Shown: positions 1 to 10,907, counted from the stretch's first letter. The stretch is DNA of 64,000 bases from an uncultured delta proteobacterium (GCA_963796215.1 CAWCKU010000012.1:35049-99048); one strand, 5' to 3'. A program made the numbers and translations. The notes: generated by a model from the letters alone, not told the origin.

Positions 1-1129
1 GGGCCGCGCCCTCGCGGGCCAATTGAATCGCCTGCTGGGCCACCTGGCTCTCAGAGTGCCGGCTGCTCTTGGCGATCTCCTCGACGACATGGCGATAGCG
101 GTCACGGGTGGCAAAATCCATCTTGGGGTAGACGCCACCAGGATCTTGATGCAGGGTCTGCTCGACCACGCTCAGCGTCTCGACGAAAACGCGCCAATCC
201 ATCGCCCCCAGGAAACGGAGGCTGCCGATGCTGTTGCTCATGGAGACCTGATCGGCGGCCTGTTGCTGGTTCTCCGACTGCACCAACTCCTTGCTCGTCC
301 AGCCACATTCGGCCAGGCGCTGCTCGATCCAGGTGAGCGGCAAGGCCAGGTCGGGCCCTTGCCCCTGCAACCGGCGGGTCAGTTCCGCCACAAACGAGCT
401 CACCATCGGCGGATCCGACCGCGCCATATCGGCGATCACCAGAATCAGGCTCTTCGGGTCTTGCTCGGCGATCTCCGTCATCTGGTCCGCCCAATAGTCG
501 GCGAGGTTTCGGTCGATCCTGTCAGTGGCAATCCGGGCGGCAACGCGTCGGAGATTCTCGATCAGGGCGATGCGCAGCATGATGGGGATGGCCCACAATT
601 CACCCAACTTCAGGTCGGTGACGGTCTGGTAGGCGGCAATGAAACTGGTGAGACCTTCCGGATCCACCCGGCCATCGCCGTGGGAAATCGTCTCCAGCGC
701 CAGGTCATACACCCGCGGGAGCCCAGCCGAGGGGCCGGTCAGCAGGCGCGGCAGTTCTCGGCTGTAACCCTTGGGCAAATGCCGCTTGGCGGTGCGAATC
801 TGTTCTTCGATCAGATAAAAGTTGTCGAGCAGCCATTCCCCGGCCGGGGTAATCCGGCGGTTGGCCTTGACCGCCTCAGTCAGCAGGTTGCGGACTCCAA
901 TGAGGACGGCTTTATTCTCAGCCAGCCGCTTCAACAGCCGGCCCTGAGGACCTCCCGGGCTCAACTGGTGCGAGCCCGCCAGGGTCTTGCCGTGCTGCTC
1001 CATCTGATCGGCGCTGAACAACTCCGATCGCAGTGGAGGCTCGTCGCCGGCGTACCTGCGCCCCAAGCCGCCTCCCGGGAGGCACGACCTCAGGCGAAGC
1101 AAGGGCTCCCGAATGGTCTTGCTGCTCAT
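1..1129 (-). CDS. ndvB: Cyclic beta-1,2-glucan synthase (NdvB/ChvB family), N-terminal part; runs off the window
   Basis: Not in ORF track. Manual minus-strand translation from ATG at 1129 (RBS AAAGGAG): MSSKTIREP...PLRSELFSADQMEQHG...ITPAGEWLLDNFYLIEEQIRTAKRHLPKGYSRELPRL...LGELWAIPIMLRIALIENLRR, typical of the NdvB N-terminus. Confidence 0.9.
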   Translation of the reverse strand, partial: MSSKTIREPLLRLRSCLPGGGLGRRYAGDEPPLRSELFSADQMEQHGKTLAGSHQLSPGGPQGRLLKRLAENKAVLIGVRNLLTEAVKANRRITPAGEWLLDNFYLIEEQIRTAKRHLPKGYSRELPRLLTGPSAGLPRVYDLALETISHGDGRVDPEGLTSFIAAYQTVTDLKLGELWAIPIMLRIALIENLRRVAARIATDRIDRNLADYWADQMTEIAEQDPKSLILVIADMARSDPPMVSSFVAELTRRLQGQGPDLALPLTWIEQRLAECGWTSKELVQSENQQQAADQVSMSNSIGSLRFLGAMDWRVFVETLSVVEQTLHQDPGGVYPKMDFATRDRYRHVVEEIAKSSRHSESQVAQQAIQLAREGAA

Positions 1130-1590
1130 TGCTATCTTGAGGTCTCCTTTTTCCGGGCTTTTCGGCCGACTAGAGCGAAATTTGACGAAAGACTCTTGAT
1201 TTGTGGCGAAAGGCGGCTAATGCGATCCATAGGACTGGGTGCCGCGAGATTTTCTGACGAGAGCTGCAGAAACCCGTCGCTCCTTTTTCTTTAATCTAGT
1301 CGGCTGGTTGTTTCACCTGCCGGGCGCAAAAAGCAGACCGGGGTCGAATCCTCGCCCCCGGTCTATATATCATATCGAAGGGCCGGCCGCCCTTCAGCTC
1401 TGGAGTGGTCAAGCAGCCATACCTGGCAGGCGGCGGCGGCGGAGGCGATCCAGGACCGGGGCTCAGGCCCATACCGCCTGGGCCCAGGCAGCAGCCCTGG
1501 CCCAGACTCAGTCCATCCCGGCACCCCAGCCCTCCCCCCCTCAAGGGGGAGCGGTTTAAGGAAGTGCTGGTCTTGCCACTCCTGGCAACG

Positions 1591-1866
1591 TTACTTCTGT
1601 TGCGGCTCCCAACGAGCGGCGGCCTCATTATAAACCATGACCCGGCCATTCAGGTCGCAGAGCCACTGATTGCCGACTTTGCGCACATTTCTGGCTGCCG
1701 CGGGCGCCAGCGGAGACAATTCGTCCGGGGTGCCGACGGCGCTCTGCATATAACTGGTCTTGGCGGGTTGGGTCACGGGCGCCTCCGAGGAGGCACAGCC
1801 GCTAATGAAGACGAGGAACAGCGAAGCTGCCACGGCCATTCTGGCAAGATTAATCTGGAAGTGCAT
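1591..1866 (-). CDS. Small lipoprotein of unknown function
   Basis: Hydrophobic signal followed by lipobox ISGC; 91 aa; purine-rich RBS upstream. Confidence 0.7.
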   Translation of the reverse strand: MHFQINLARMAVAASLFLVFISGCASSEAPVTQPAKTSYMQSAVGTPDELSPLAPAAARNVRKVGNQWLCDLNGRVMVYNEAAARWEPQQK

Positions 1867-2640
1867 CTTTTCACCCTCCTGTTTTCGAGCAGGTTAGACG
1901 GCCAGTGATCCGGTTTGCCGAAATTAGCGCCAAAACCGAGATGGCCCATTGGCCTGGAAGGCATGATAGCACAAATTTCAACTCGATTTCCAAGTTGCCC
2001 TGGGGAACGAAAATGGCGGCCGGGCTGGGCCTGCGGCGAAAAAGGCAATGATAAGTATGAACTTAGGAAAGAAAAAACTGTGCATAAGCCAAGTTAGCGC
2101 ATATTACTTGGTTTTCCGGATTGAGCCGGCCATTTTTGCAGGTCTTCCAGCGCGGAATTTGGGCCTTTGGGGGCCAGCCTGTGCCGGCAGCGGGAAGTGT
2201 GCCGCAGTTTATTTCGGATAAGTACCTTATTTGGCTCACTTTAGTCCGCTGCGGTGTCGCTGGCTGAGCGGTCCGGGACCGCCGAAGCGCCGCTAGTGTA
2301 CCGCATTGGCGCCGCTGGGCGGCCGGGCGGTCCGGGGATAGAGCGGTCAAGTTACACATGCAGATAAGGTAAGGCCAGGGGAGAGAAATTTCCAGAAGAG
2401 AAAAGACGGTTGACCCGGTTGAAGTAATTCAGGTTCAGGTTCAAGGTTTGAAAGCAGCTCAGCCCCGGCAAAATCAATAGCTTAATGGTTTTTCAACCGT
2501 AAGAAAATTTTATGATATGGGAAAATTATTTCGATAATTAGTCAGAGGGTCATTAGGCTTCCCCAATTGGGGAATACCGTCTAAACTACTCTGTCTTTTT
2601 GTTCTGCGCGGTCATTGGACAGATACGAGGAGGTGGCTTC

Positions 2641-3714
2641 ATGGCGCCGGTTATGAAGAGAAGGTTTTTTCCCTGGAGGGCATTGATTTCTCTGCCTTTG
2701 GTCTTCCTGATCATCCTGGCGACTCCCTTGCCGGGGGCGGACTCCCCGGGGGCAGGGAACGATCCTGCCAAGAAGAAATGGAAGATTCTGCACATCATGA
2801 GCTATCATTCCCCCTGGAAATGGACCGATGGGCAGCTTGAGGGGTTTAAAGCGGCGTTGGGGGGCCTGGATATCGAATACAAAGTTTTTCAACTGGATAT
2901 GAAAAGAAGGACAGATGAGGCGTGGAAAAAGCAAGTCAGCCGGGAAGCCCGGGAATTGATCGAGACCTGGAAGCCTGACCTGGTTTCCACTTCAGATGAT
3001 TATGCCCAGGAATACGTGGCCAAGTATTACCTTAACCAGAAATTACCCTTCGTGTTCAGCGGGGTGAACGCTGATCCCTCGGTGTATGGATTTGTGGGCA
3101 GCAGCAATATCACCGGGGTTTTGGAAGAAGAGCATATTGTCGAAACAATTAAATTATTGAAACAGATTGTGCCCACGGTGAAAAAGATTGCGGTGATTTA
3201 TGACGATGATCCCACCTGGCCGCCGGTCCTGGCCAGAATGAAAAATAGCCTACCTCAACTTCCGGGCCTAGAGATAATAAGTTGGGATCTGATCCGTACT
3301 TTCGCGCAATTCAAGCAAAGGCTGCAGGAACTGCAAGCGGAGGTAGACGCCATCGGTTTTTTGGGGATTTTCGCCTTCAAAGGCGAGGATGGCAAAAATG
3401 TCTCTTATAAGACGGTCAGCCGCTGGGTGATGGACCACAGCCTGCTGCCGGATTTCAGCTTTTGGGAAGACCGCATTTCCTATGGCACTCTGTGCACCGT
3501 CAATGTCTCAGAATATGAGCAGGGATATGCCGCCGGGCAACTAGCCCGGTCCATTCTCATGGAAGGGCGGAGTCCCGCCAGCATCCCTATGAAACCCACG
3601 GTCAAAGGGGTACCCATGATCAACCTTTCACGGGCCAAGAAACTGGGGATCAACATTAAAACCGGCATCCTGCTTTCCGTAACAGTGCGTGATGAGGTTA
3701 ATGAAGATTTCTAA
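2641..3714 (+). CDS. Periplasmic ABC-type substrate-binding-like protein (ABC_sub_bind family), no transporter adjacent
   Basis: Signal peptide; ILHIMSYH..W, PFVFSGVN, ITGVLE, YEQGYAAG, PMINL motifs; RBS GGAGG before ATG 2641. Confidence 0.85.
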   Translation: MAPVMKRRFFPWRALISLPLVFLIILATPLPGADSPGAGNDPAKKKWKILHIMSYHSPWKWTDGQLEGFKAALGGLDIEYKVFQLDMKRRTDEAWKKQVSREARELIETWKPDLVSTSDDYAQEYVAKYYLNQKLPFVFSGVNADPSVYGFVGSSNITGVLEEEHIVETIKLLKQIVPTVKKIAVIYDDDPTWPPVLARMKNSLPQLPGLEIISWDLIRTFAQFKQRLQELQAEVDAIGFLGIFAFKGEDGKNVSYKTVSRWVMDHSLLPDFSFWEDRISYGTLCTVNVSEYEQGYAAGQLARSILMEGRSPASIPMKPTVKGVPMINLSRAKKLGINIKTGILLSVTVRDEVNEDF

Positions 3715-6129
3715 ATGATGACTATCGGAATCCGAAAAAAGGTAATTTTCATTTCAGTTGCCATATTATTTTTGACTCTGGCGGCGACGACCATTGTCAG
3801 TGGCCTCTTTTTTATGAGGGAGTATTCCGCGGCGCTAAAATCCAGGGCCTTTCTGGTGGGTAGCATCTTAACATATCAGTTAGAGAAGCTGCTGAAATAT
3901 GACATTCCCCTTAATAACTTAGTGGGTTTCGATGAGCAATGCCAGGAAATTATTAGTAACTATGGGGATATCGGCTATGCCATGGTGGTGGATTCGAAAG
4001 GCAAGATATTGTTTCATAATAATCCTCTGAAACATGGGGAGATGGTAACATATATAAATGTTCCAGAAATAGTGGAACGGAATAAGCAAGAGTTGCAAAA
4101 GAATAGAGAAAAAGGAGAGGATTATTACAGTATTATTATCCCAGTACGGGGTTTGCGCAATACGCCAATCGGGGCAGTAATCATCGGCTTCCCGGCGAAT
4201 CTAATTACTCATAAGACCGCGCAAATGGTCGCCTCTTCGGTGGGAGTGGCCTTTATTTTCCTCACCGTTGGGGGTATATCCCTGATCATCCTGCTGCAGA
4301 TCTGGGTGACCAACCCCCTGGGCCAGTTGCTCAAGGCCATTATGGGTATCAGGTCCAGTGGCACTGACTCCGCCCAACTGCTAACCGTAAAGTCCAAGGA
4401 TGAATTCGGCGTCCTGGGGCGGGCTTTCAATGAAATGGTCCTGCAACTGAAAGAGTCACACGCTAAAATAAAAAATTATACTCAAGAACTGGAATTCAAG
4501 GTGGCGGAAAGCACCGCCCATCTTCAGGAGGCCAACGAAAAACTGCGGCGAGATATCCAGGTGCGCCTGCTGGCCGAGGTGGCCTTAAGGGAGAGCGAAG
4601 AGAAATACCGGGGTTTGATTGAGACTACCCGCACCGGTTATGTGATCATTGATCCCGAAGGCAAGGTTCTCGACGCCAATCCGGAGTATGTAAGGCTGAC
4701 CGGACATAGCGAATTAGAGAAAATATTAGGCCGAGGCGTCCTGGAGTGGACGGCGGCGCCCGACCGGGAAAAAAATGCTGCGGCAATCCAGCATTGTTTG
4801 CAGCATGGCCTCGTCAAGAATATTGAACTCAATTATGCCACGATCGATGGCCGGTCCGTTCCGGTCGAGATAAACGCCACAGCCATCAGCACCTCGGAGG
4901 GAATAAAATTATTGGCCTTGGTTAGAGATATCTCTGATCGCAAACAGGCCGAGGAGGCCTTACGCCAGAGTGAGGAACAACTTCAACACGCCCAAAAAAT
5001 GGAAGCAGTAGGCAAATTGGCGGGGGGAGTCGCCCATGATTTCAACAATATTTTGACGGCCATCAGCGGTCAAAGCGAGCTTTTATTGATGGATCTTCCC
5101 GAGAATGATCCCCGACGACATGGTGTGGAAGAAATTCAACGGGGTGCCGACCGGGCTGCTTCCTTGACTCGACAGTTATTGGCCTTCAGCCGCAAGCAGA
5201 TAATTCAGCCCAGGGTCTTGGACCTCAATGAATTAATCCTTAACCTGGACAAAATGCTTCGTCGCCTTATTCCCGAAGTTGTCCAAATAATCTCCATCCC
5301 CGGTTTAAATTTAGGGAGGGTGTTCGCCGATCCGGGACAGATCGAACAATCAATTGTTAATTTGGCCGTCAATGCCTGCGATGCCATGCCAAAAGGGGGC
5401 AAACTTACAATAGAAACTGCCAACGCCGATCTGGATGTGGAGTATTGCCAGCGACACGCACAAGTCAAACCTGGCCCGTATGTGATGCTGGCGGTGAGCG
5501 ATACAGGTATCGGCATGGATTCCGAGACCCAAGCCCACATTTTTGAGCCTTTCTTTACTACCAAAGGAATGGGTCGAGGAACCGGATTAGGTCTATCTAT
5601 GGTCCATGGGATTGTCAATCAGAATGGCGGTCATATTTGGGTTTATAGTGAAGTTGACCATGGGACAACCTGCAAGATTTATCTGCCGCGGACGATTGAA
5701 TCAGGGGAGTCAGTCGAGGCATCCCAAGTTTCCGGCGCCTCGTTCAAGGGCTCGGAAACCATTCTGCTGCTGGAGGATGAAGATATGGTGCGTGAGATAA
5801 CCCGGAAAATTCTCCAAAAAGAAGGCTACGTGGTGTTGACAGCAAGTTCCGGTTCCGAAGCCCTTCTTATCGGGGAACAGTATAAGGGACCCATCCATCT
5901 AATCTTATCCGATGTCTTGATGCCGGATATGAGCGGCCCTGAGACGGTAGTACGTTTGATGCCAAGGCGTTCCGAAGCTAAAGTTCTTTATATGTCGGGA
6001 CATACTGAAAATGCTATTGTCCACCATGGTGTTTTGGATCAGGGGGTAGCCTTCATTCAAAAACCCTTCAGGCGAGAGGCATTATTAAGCAAAGTTAGGG
6101 AAGGTCTTGATACGTTCTCTGACCAATAA
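3715..6129 (+). CDS. Membrane hybrid sensor histidine kinase (TM-periplasmic-TM-HAMP-PAS-HisKA-HATPase-REC)
   Basis: H-box [21 protein letters not shown]-terminal receiver domain; starts right after the binding-protein stop. Confidence 0.95.
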   Translation: MMTIGIRKKVIFISVAILFLTLAATTIVSGLFFMREYSAALKSRAFLVGSILTYQLEKLLKYDIPLNNLVGFDEQCQEIISNYGDIGYAMVVDSKGKILFHNNPLKHGEMVTYINVPEIVERNKQELQKNREKGEDYYSIIIPVRGLRNTPIGAVIIGFPANLITHKTAQMVASSVGVAFIFLTVGGISLIILLQIWVTNPLGQLLKAIMGIRSSGTDSAQLLTVKSKDEFGVLGRAFNEMVLQLKESHAKIKNYTQELEFKVAESTAHLQEANEKLRRDIQVRLLAEVALRESEEKYRGLIETTRTGYVIIDPEGKVLDANPEYVRLTGHSELEKILGRGVLEWTAAPDREKNAAAIQHCLQHGLVKNIELNYATIDGRSVPVEINATAISTSEGIKLLALVRDISDRKQAEEALRQSEEQLQHAQKMEAVGKLAGGVAHDFNNILTAISGQSELLLMDLPENDPRRHGVEEIQRGADRAASLTRQLLAFSRKQIIQPRVLDLNELILNLDKMLRRLIPEVVQIISIPGLNLGRVFADPGQIEQSIVNLAVNACDAMPKGGKLTIETANADLDVEYCQRHAQVKPGPYVMLAVSDTGIGMDSETQAHIFEPFFTTKGMGRGTGLGLSMVHGIVNQNGGHIWVYSEVDHGTTCKIYLPRTIESGESVEASQVSGASFKGSETILLLEDEDMVREITRKILQKEGYVVLTASSGSEALLIGEQYKGPIHLILSDVLMPDMSGPETVVRLMPRRSEAKVLYMSGHTENAIVHHGVLDQGVAFIQKPFRREALLSKVREGLDTFSDQ

Positions 6130-6255
6130 CCAATATTCGAGGTAGTTCTAGGGTTTTTCATGGGCTTGCATGATATGTTTGCCCTAATCTGAATTGCCTA
6201 GATCTACTCTATATATAGATAATTTGACGTAATTATAAATAGTTAAGGTATCATA

Positions 6256-6280
6256 AGGGCGGTTCGAGAACCGCCCCTAC
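6256..6280. repeat. GTAG-family REP-like palindrome
   Basis: GGGCGGTTCGAGAACCGCCCCTAC; related hairpins ending CCCTAC recur in the window. Confidence 0.7.
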
Positions 6281-6430
6281 AAGAGCGTTTGAGCAAATAA
6301 TTATTAATGGGAGCGTAAAAGAGATTACTTCCCCCTCACCCTAACCCCCTCCCCCATTGGGGGAGAGGGGATAAAAACGGAATCCCATTTTTGCACCCAT
6401 TAATATTCGCCAAAGAAGATAAGGTTTTCA

Positions 6431-7615
6431 TTACAGCTTCAAATTCTCCCGGGCCAGGCGTTCGCCGCGGGCCCGGATCTCCACCAGTTCATGGAGGGTC
6501 GGGAGGTATTTGCATTGGAAGCCTTCGTGGACCAGCTTGATCTTCATGGCCTCCAAGATCTGGTTCATCTGGGCCACGGCCTGGCCGCTCCAGCCGTAGG
6601 AGCCGAAGCAGGCCGCGGCCTTGTGCTGGGGGCGCAGCCCCTGGAGGTAGGTGAGGAACTCCCCCATGGACGGGAACATGGTGTTGTTGAGGGTGGGGGA
6701 GCCGAAGAGCAGCAGCCCGGCGTCGAGGACGTCGGTGACGATGTCGCTGTAATGGGTGCGGCGCAAACGATAGGGCAGGGTTTCGGCCCCGGCGTCGATC
6801 AGGCCGTTGATCAGGGCCTGGGCCATCAGCTCGGTGCTGCCCCACATGGTGTCGTAGATCACCAGGGCCTTGGGCTCCACTTCCCCGGCGCCCCATTTCC
6901 GGTAAGCCGCCAGGACCTTGCCCGGTTCCCGCAGGAGCAGGCCGTGGTCCGGGGCGATGAGCTTGAAGTCCAGCTGCAACTGGTCGACGCTGTTCAACAA
7001 CCTGGTGATCAGGCTGCCGAAGGGCATCAGGATATTGGCGTAGTACTTCTTTACTTGATGAAAATAGGCGGCGTAATCCTTGGTCTGGTCGTCGAAGCGT
7101 TCGCTGGAGGCGAAGTGGGCCCCGAAGCCGTCGCTGGAGAAGAGGATTTGCTCTTCTTTGAGGAAGCTCATCATGGAGTCCGGCCAGTGGAGCATGGGGG
7201 TCTCGAGGAAGAGGAGGTGGCGGCTTCCGAGAGAGAGCTCCTGGCCGGTTTTTACTTCCTCGAAGGGCCAGTCGCTCTGGTAATGCCGGCTCAGGCCCGC
7301 CTTGCCCATGGCGGAGCAGAAGAGCTTTTCCGGCTTGACCCGAGCCATGACTTCGGGCAGGCCGCCGGAGTGGTCCATCTCCACGTGGTTGGAGACGATA
7401 TAGTCAATCTTCTCCGGGTCCACGACCGCCGCCACCCGCTCCAGCAGCTCCGGGACGAATTCCTTTTTGACCGTGTCGATCAGGGTGATTTTGTCATCCA
7501 GAATCAAAAAGGCGTTGTAAGTGGAGCCTCTTTCGGTGACGTAGCCGTGGAATTCCCGGATATCCCAGTCGATGGCGCCCACCCAGAAGACGTTGGGGGC
7601 TAATTCTATCGGCAT
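6431..7615 (-). CDS. fprA: Flavodiiron protein (FprA/ROO, A-type flavoprotein)
   Basis: MPIELAPNVFWVGAIDWDIREFHGY, HVEMDHSG, PMLHWPDSM, IAPDHG, flavodoxin YDTMWGST; RBS GGAGG. Confidence 0.93.
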   Translation of the reverse strand: MPIELAPNVFWVGAIDWDIREFHGYVTERGSTYNAFLILDDKITLIDTVKKEFVPELLERVAAVVDPEKIDYIVSNHVEMDHSGGLPEVMARVKPEKLFCSAMGKAGLSRHYQSDWPFEEVKTGQELSLGSRHLLFLETPMLHWPDSMMSFLKEEQILFSSDGFGAHFASSERFDDQTKDYAAYFHQVKKYYANILMPFGSLITRLLNSVDQLQLDFKLIAPDHGLLLREPGKVLAAYRKWGAGEVEPKALVIYDTMWGSTELMAQALINGLIDAGAETLPYRLRRTHYSDIVTDVLDAGLLLFGSPTLNNTMFPSMGEFLTYLQGLRPQHKAAACFGSYGWSGQAVAQMNQILEAMKIKLVHEGFQCKYLPTLHELVEIRARGERLARENLKL

Positions 7616-7780
7616 GTTGCCTCCAGTAGTCAGTAGCAGTGAGCCAGTAGTCAGTAAAGGCTGAAAAGCAGGGTTATTTTTGGTTCGTCCAGCTCGCAAA
7701 GCAGAGCTTTGCAGAAAGGCGGGTTCCCAAGCAGGAGCTTGGGAACCAGAAAAACTGGTGGGCAGTGCCCACCCTACATC

Positions 7781-8716
7781 TTAGAGCCCTTCCTTGACCA
7801 GCTCTTCCAGCAGGGCCTTCTGCTTTTTGTTCAGAGTGGCGGGGGTCTCGACGATGATGCGGACGAATTGGTCTCCCCGGGTCTTGCCGTGGGCCTGGGG
7901 GAGACCGTAGTTCTTGAGGCGCATCTTGGTGTGGCTCTGGGTCCCCGGAGGCACCTTGAGGCTCATGGTCTTGCCGTCCAGAGTGGGCACCGTCACCTTG
8001 GTGCCGAGGATGGCCTCGGTGAACTTGATGCGCCGGTCCACATACAGGTCACTGCCCTCCCGTTTAAATACCGGGTGTTCCACCTCTTTCAACCTGACGT
8101 AGAGGTCGCCGGGGGGCCCGCCCATGGGACCGGGCTGACCCTTGCCGCTGACCCGCAGTCTTTTGCCCGGCAAGGCCCCGGGTGGGATCTTCACGGAGAT
8201 CTTTTCCACCTGGCCATTGTGGGGCATGGCCACCACCTTTTCGGTGCCGAAGGCCATTTCGTGGAGGGTGATGGGCATCTCCACCTGCAGGTCCTCGCCC
8301 TTCATGGGCGGGGCTTGGGCGCCATAGCCTTCGGGACCGCCGCCGTAGCGGTAGACCCGGGTGCGCCCGCCGCCGCGGCCGCCGCGGCCGCCGCCGAAAA
8401 GACGGCTGAAAATGGACTCGTTGAGGCCGACGTCGAACAAATCGCTGTAATCAAAGCCCTTGAAGATGTCCTCCTGGCTGAATTTTTGCCGGAAGACCTG
8501 GGAGCCGAACTGGTCGTATTCCTTTCGCTTTTCTGGATTGCTCAGGACCGCGTAGGCTTCGCTGATCTGCTTGAATTTCTCCTCCGCCAGCTTCTTGTCA
8601 CCTTTGGCTTTGTCCGGATGATACTTCAAGGCCAGCTTGCGGTACGCCTTCTTGATCTCTTCGGGAGAGGCCTCGCGGCCAACTCCCAATACCTGGTAAT
8701 AATCGAGCTCCGCCAT
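7781..8716 (-). CDS. Class B J-domain chaperone (DnaJ/CbpA-like, no zinc finger)
   Basis: J domain with HPD, G/F-rich linker, DnaJ C-terminal domain. Confidence 0.93.
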   Translation of the reverse strand: MAELDYYQVLGVGREASPEEIKKAYRKLALKYHPDKAKGDKKLAEEKFKQISEAYAVLSNPEKRKEYDQFGSQVFRQKFSQEDIFKGFDYSDLFDVGLNESIFSRLFGGGRGGRGGGRTRVYRYGGGPEGYGAQAPPMKGEDLQVEMPITLHEMAFGTEKVVAMPHNGQVEKISVKIPPGALPGKRLRVSGKGQPGPMGGPPGDLYVRLKEVEHPVFKREGSDLYVDRRIKFTEAILGTKVTVPTLDGKTMSLKVPPGTQSHTKMRLKNYGLPQAHGKTRGDQFVRIIVETPATLNKKQKALLEELVKEGL

Positions 8717-8960
8717 GGGATAGTTCTCACCCTTCTGAGGGGATAATTTGGCTTATTATAAGTTCCGGAGACTTTTTGTCAACCGGTCTTTCCAGATAAC
8801 CTTTCTATTTCATTAGAAATTTCTTTTAAGTTGATTTAGTTACGGCCATTTCTTGGTTGATAAATTTTTCTCTTTCTGATAACAATCAAAAGCTAAGCAG
8901 TGTACCCAGTTCTAATCCGGCGGCAAGCCGGGTATTTCATGGATGGTAAGGAGGTTGGGC

Positions 8961-9257
8961 ATGACGGCTTTGGTGGGCGGACTGGTCGCGGTGGCACTGG
9001 GATTAATCGGCCTGGGGCTGTGGTGGCGTGAATTCCTTGGCCTCATCGCCGGGGGGCTTCCCCTCTTGCTCCTCTTGGGCGGCGCTTTGGCGGTCTATCT
9101 GGGTTTTGAGGAGACCAAGGACAAGTTTTTCAAGAAAGCGGAACCCCCGGCTTACGAGCCTCCCAAGATGGCTGAGGCCGAAGTGGAACAATATAAGGCT
9201 GAAGTGGAGCGCTTGAAGAAAGAGGTCGATGATCTCAAGGCTACCAAGAAGAAGTAA
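8961..9257 (+). CDS. Small membrane protein with two TM helices and a C-terminal coiled coil
   Basis: RBS AAGGAGG, two hydrophobic segments, charged tail, followed by terminator. Confidence 0.75.
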   Translation: MTALVGGLVAVALGLIGLGLWWREFLGLIAGGLPLLLLLGGALAVYLGFEETKDKFFKKAEPPAYEPPKMAEAEVEQYKAEVERLKKEVDDLKATKKK

Positions 9258-9284
9258 AACAGGCCTTATCGCAGGATCGAAATA

Positions 9285-9311
9285 AAGGGCGGGTTAACCC
9301 CGCCCTTTTTT
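9285..9311 (+). terminator. Rho-independent terminator
   Basis: AAGGGCGGG-TTAAC-CCCGCCCTT stem-loop followed by a T tract. Confidence 0.85.
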
Positions 9312-9436
9312 GTTTGGGGTTAAACGGGGAAAGGGGAGAAAGGGAAAAAGGGAAAGAACCCAGGCGCTTTGCCTTTTACCCTTTTAGCCGTTTACCCTTT
9401 TCCCCTCTCTTACCACCTCAAAGTCTGTCTTTTCGA

Positions 9437-10438
9437 TCAAGAGGCGATTTCACCAGAGGTCACTCGCACTACCTCGCCTGAATCCGTCTCCACCAGCAGG
9501 GCCCCATCCGGGGCCACCTCCAGGGCCTGACCGTGGATGACCCGCGGCCCCTGCCGCACCACTACCGGTCGCCCGAGGGTCACGGCAAAACTGCGCCATT
9601 CGTCAAGAATCCCGGCAAACTCCCGGGCCAGGAAGCGCCCGTAGAGCTCCTCGAACTCCTCCAGCCAGGCCTGCAGGAGCTGCACCCGGGAATGGCGGCG
9701 CCCGGTGGTCAGGGCCAGGGAAGTGGCAATGTCGGCCAGCTCTGCCGGAAAGGCGGGGTTGTTGACATTGAGCCCCAGGCCCACCACCAGGTGGCGGATC
9801 TGGTCGGTTTCGGTCTCCATTTCCGTGAGAATGCCCCCCAGTTTTTTTCCGGCCAACAGGAGGTCATTGGGCCATTTGATGCCCGGGGCCACGCCGGTGA
9901 CCCGTTTTACCGCCCGGGCCACCGCCACCGCGGTGGTCAGGGTGATCTGGGGCATCTCCGTGGGGGGCAGTACCGGCCTGAGGACCAGCGACACATAGAG
10001 CCCCGCCCCTGGGGGGGAATCCCACTGGCGCCCCAGCCGGCCCCGGCCCTGGCTTTGGGCTTCGGCCACCACCAGGGTGCCTTCCGGGGCGCCACGGGCC
10101 GCCAGTTCCTTGGCCAAATCGTTGGTGGAGGCCACCTGCTCGAAATAATGCACCGGCCCCGTGAAACGGCGAGCCTTGAGCCCCAGGGCGATCTCCTCCG
10201 GCAACAGCTTTTCGGTGGCGGCCACCAGCAGGTAACCCCGGCGCGGCGAGCCTTCAATGGCATAACCCAGGGCCTTGAGGCGGTGGATGCGCTTCCACAC
10301 CGCGGCCCGGCTCAGACCCAGCCGCAGGGCCAGAACCTCGCCGGAGAGGGGCTTGGACGTCTGGCGCAGGGCCTGCAAGACCGCGGTGAGGGGGCTCTCG
10401 GGAAGGCCCGCAGGTTCTATAGGTTTTTTGGGTGTCAT
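9437..10438 (-). CDS. birA: Bifunctional biotin--[acetyl-CoA-carboxylase] ligase / biotin operon repressor
   Basis: HTH (SGEVLA..LGLSRAAVWK), STND, GRGRLGRQW, KWPND, KLGGIL; start at MTPKKP is a best guess. Confidence 0.95.
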   Translation of the reverse strand: MTPKKPIEPAGLPESPLTAVLQALRQTSKPLSGEVLALRLGLSRAAVWKRIHRLKALGYAIEGSPRRGYLLVAATEKLLPEEIALGLKARRFTGPVHYFEQVASTNDLAKELAARGAPEGTLVVAEAQSQGRGRLGRQWDSPPGAGLYVSLVLRPVLPPTEMPQITLTTAVAVARAVKRVTGVAPGIKWPNDLLLAGKKLGGILTEMETETDQIRHLVVGLGLNVNNPAFPAELADIATSLALTTGRRHSRVQLLQAWLEEFEELYGRFLAREFAGILDEWRSFAVTLGRPVVVRQGPRVIHGQALEVAPDGALLVETDSGEVVRVTSGEIAS

Positions 10439-10592
10439 TTTAGGAGAATTATACTCGCGGCAAAAAATTTTTTCCACTTTCCCCCTCAACCTAACCTTCT
10501 CCCCCATCGCAGGGGGCGGGACGGTTGACAAGGAAATTGTGCAGACGTGACGGTTTATTGAAACGTCCGATTTTGTGCATACACTGATTCTC

Positions 10593-10621
10593 TTGACAAA
10601 GAGTTTTAATGTGCATACAAT
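10593..10621 (+). promoter_or_regulatory. Sigma70 promoter of the brnTA operon overlapped by a TGTGCATACA operator (second copy at ~10574)
   Basis: TTGACA(10593)-N17-TACAAT(10616); imperfect palindrome TGTGCATACA occurs twice; GTG start 8 nt after the -10. Confidence 0.7.
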
Positions 10622-10628
10622 TTATGCT

Positions 10629-10907
10629 GTGGAATTTGACTGGGACCCGGCCAAGGCCCGGGAAAATATCAGAATTCATGGAATTGACTTTGCCGATGCG
10701 GTGCAAGTCTTTGCTAACCCGCATCTACCCAGGGAAGACCCGGATGCCGAGGGCGAACAGCGATTCGTGACGCTCGGCATGGATGACTTGGGAAGGGTTT
10801 TGGTGGTGGTTTACACCTATCGGCCGGGCAAAATCAGAGTGATATCCGCCCGGAAGGCCAGCAAGAAAGAAGGAAAAGAATATGCGCAAAGAGTACGATT
10901 TCAGTAA
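10629..10907 (+). CDS. brnT: BrnT family ribonuclease toxin
   Basis: MEFDWDPAKARENIRIHGIDFADA...EQRFVTLG...LVVVYT..IRVISARKA. Confidence 0.92.
   Translation: MEFDWDPAKARENIRIHGIDFADAVQVFANPHLPREDPDAEGEQRFVTLGMDDLGRVLVVVYTYRPGKIRVISARKASKKEGKEYAQRVRFQ

Noticed and set aside
23-1294. 423-aa plus-strand ORF
   Set aside because: Antisense shadow of the ndvB-like gene on the minus strand
1900-2600. Riboswitch or ncRNA in the long intergenic region
   Set aside because: No family motif that I can recognise; an Rfam search would be needed
6491-8746. Long plus-strand ORFs of 370 and 345 aa
   Set aside because: Shadows of fprA and the DnaJ-type gene; long antisense ORFs are common in GC-rich DNA (same for 9533, 30073, 33547, 38328, 40782, 44317, 49132, 59720)
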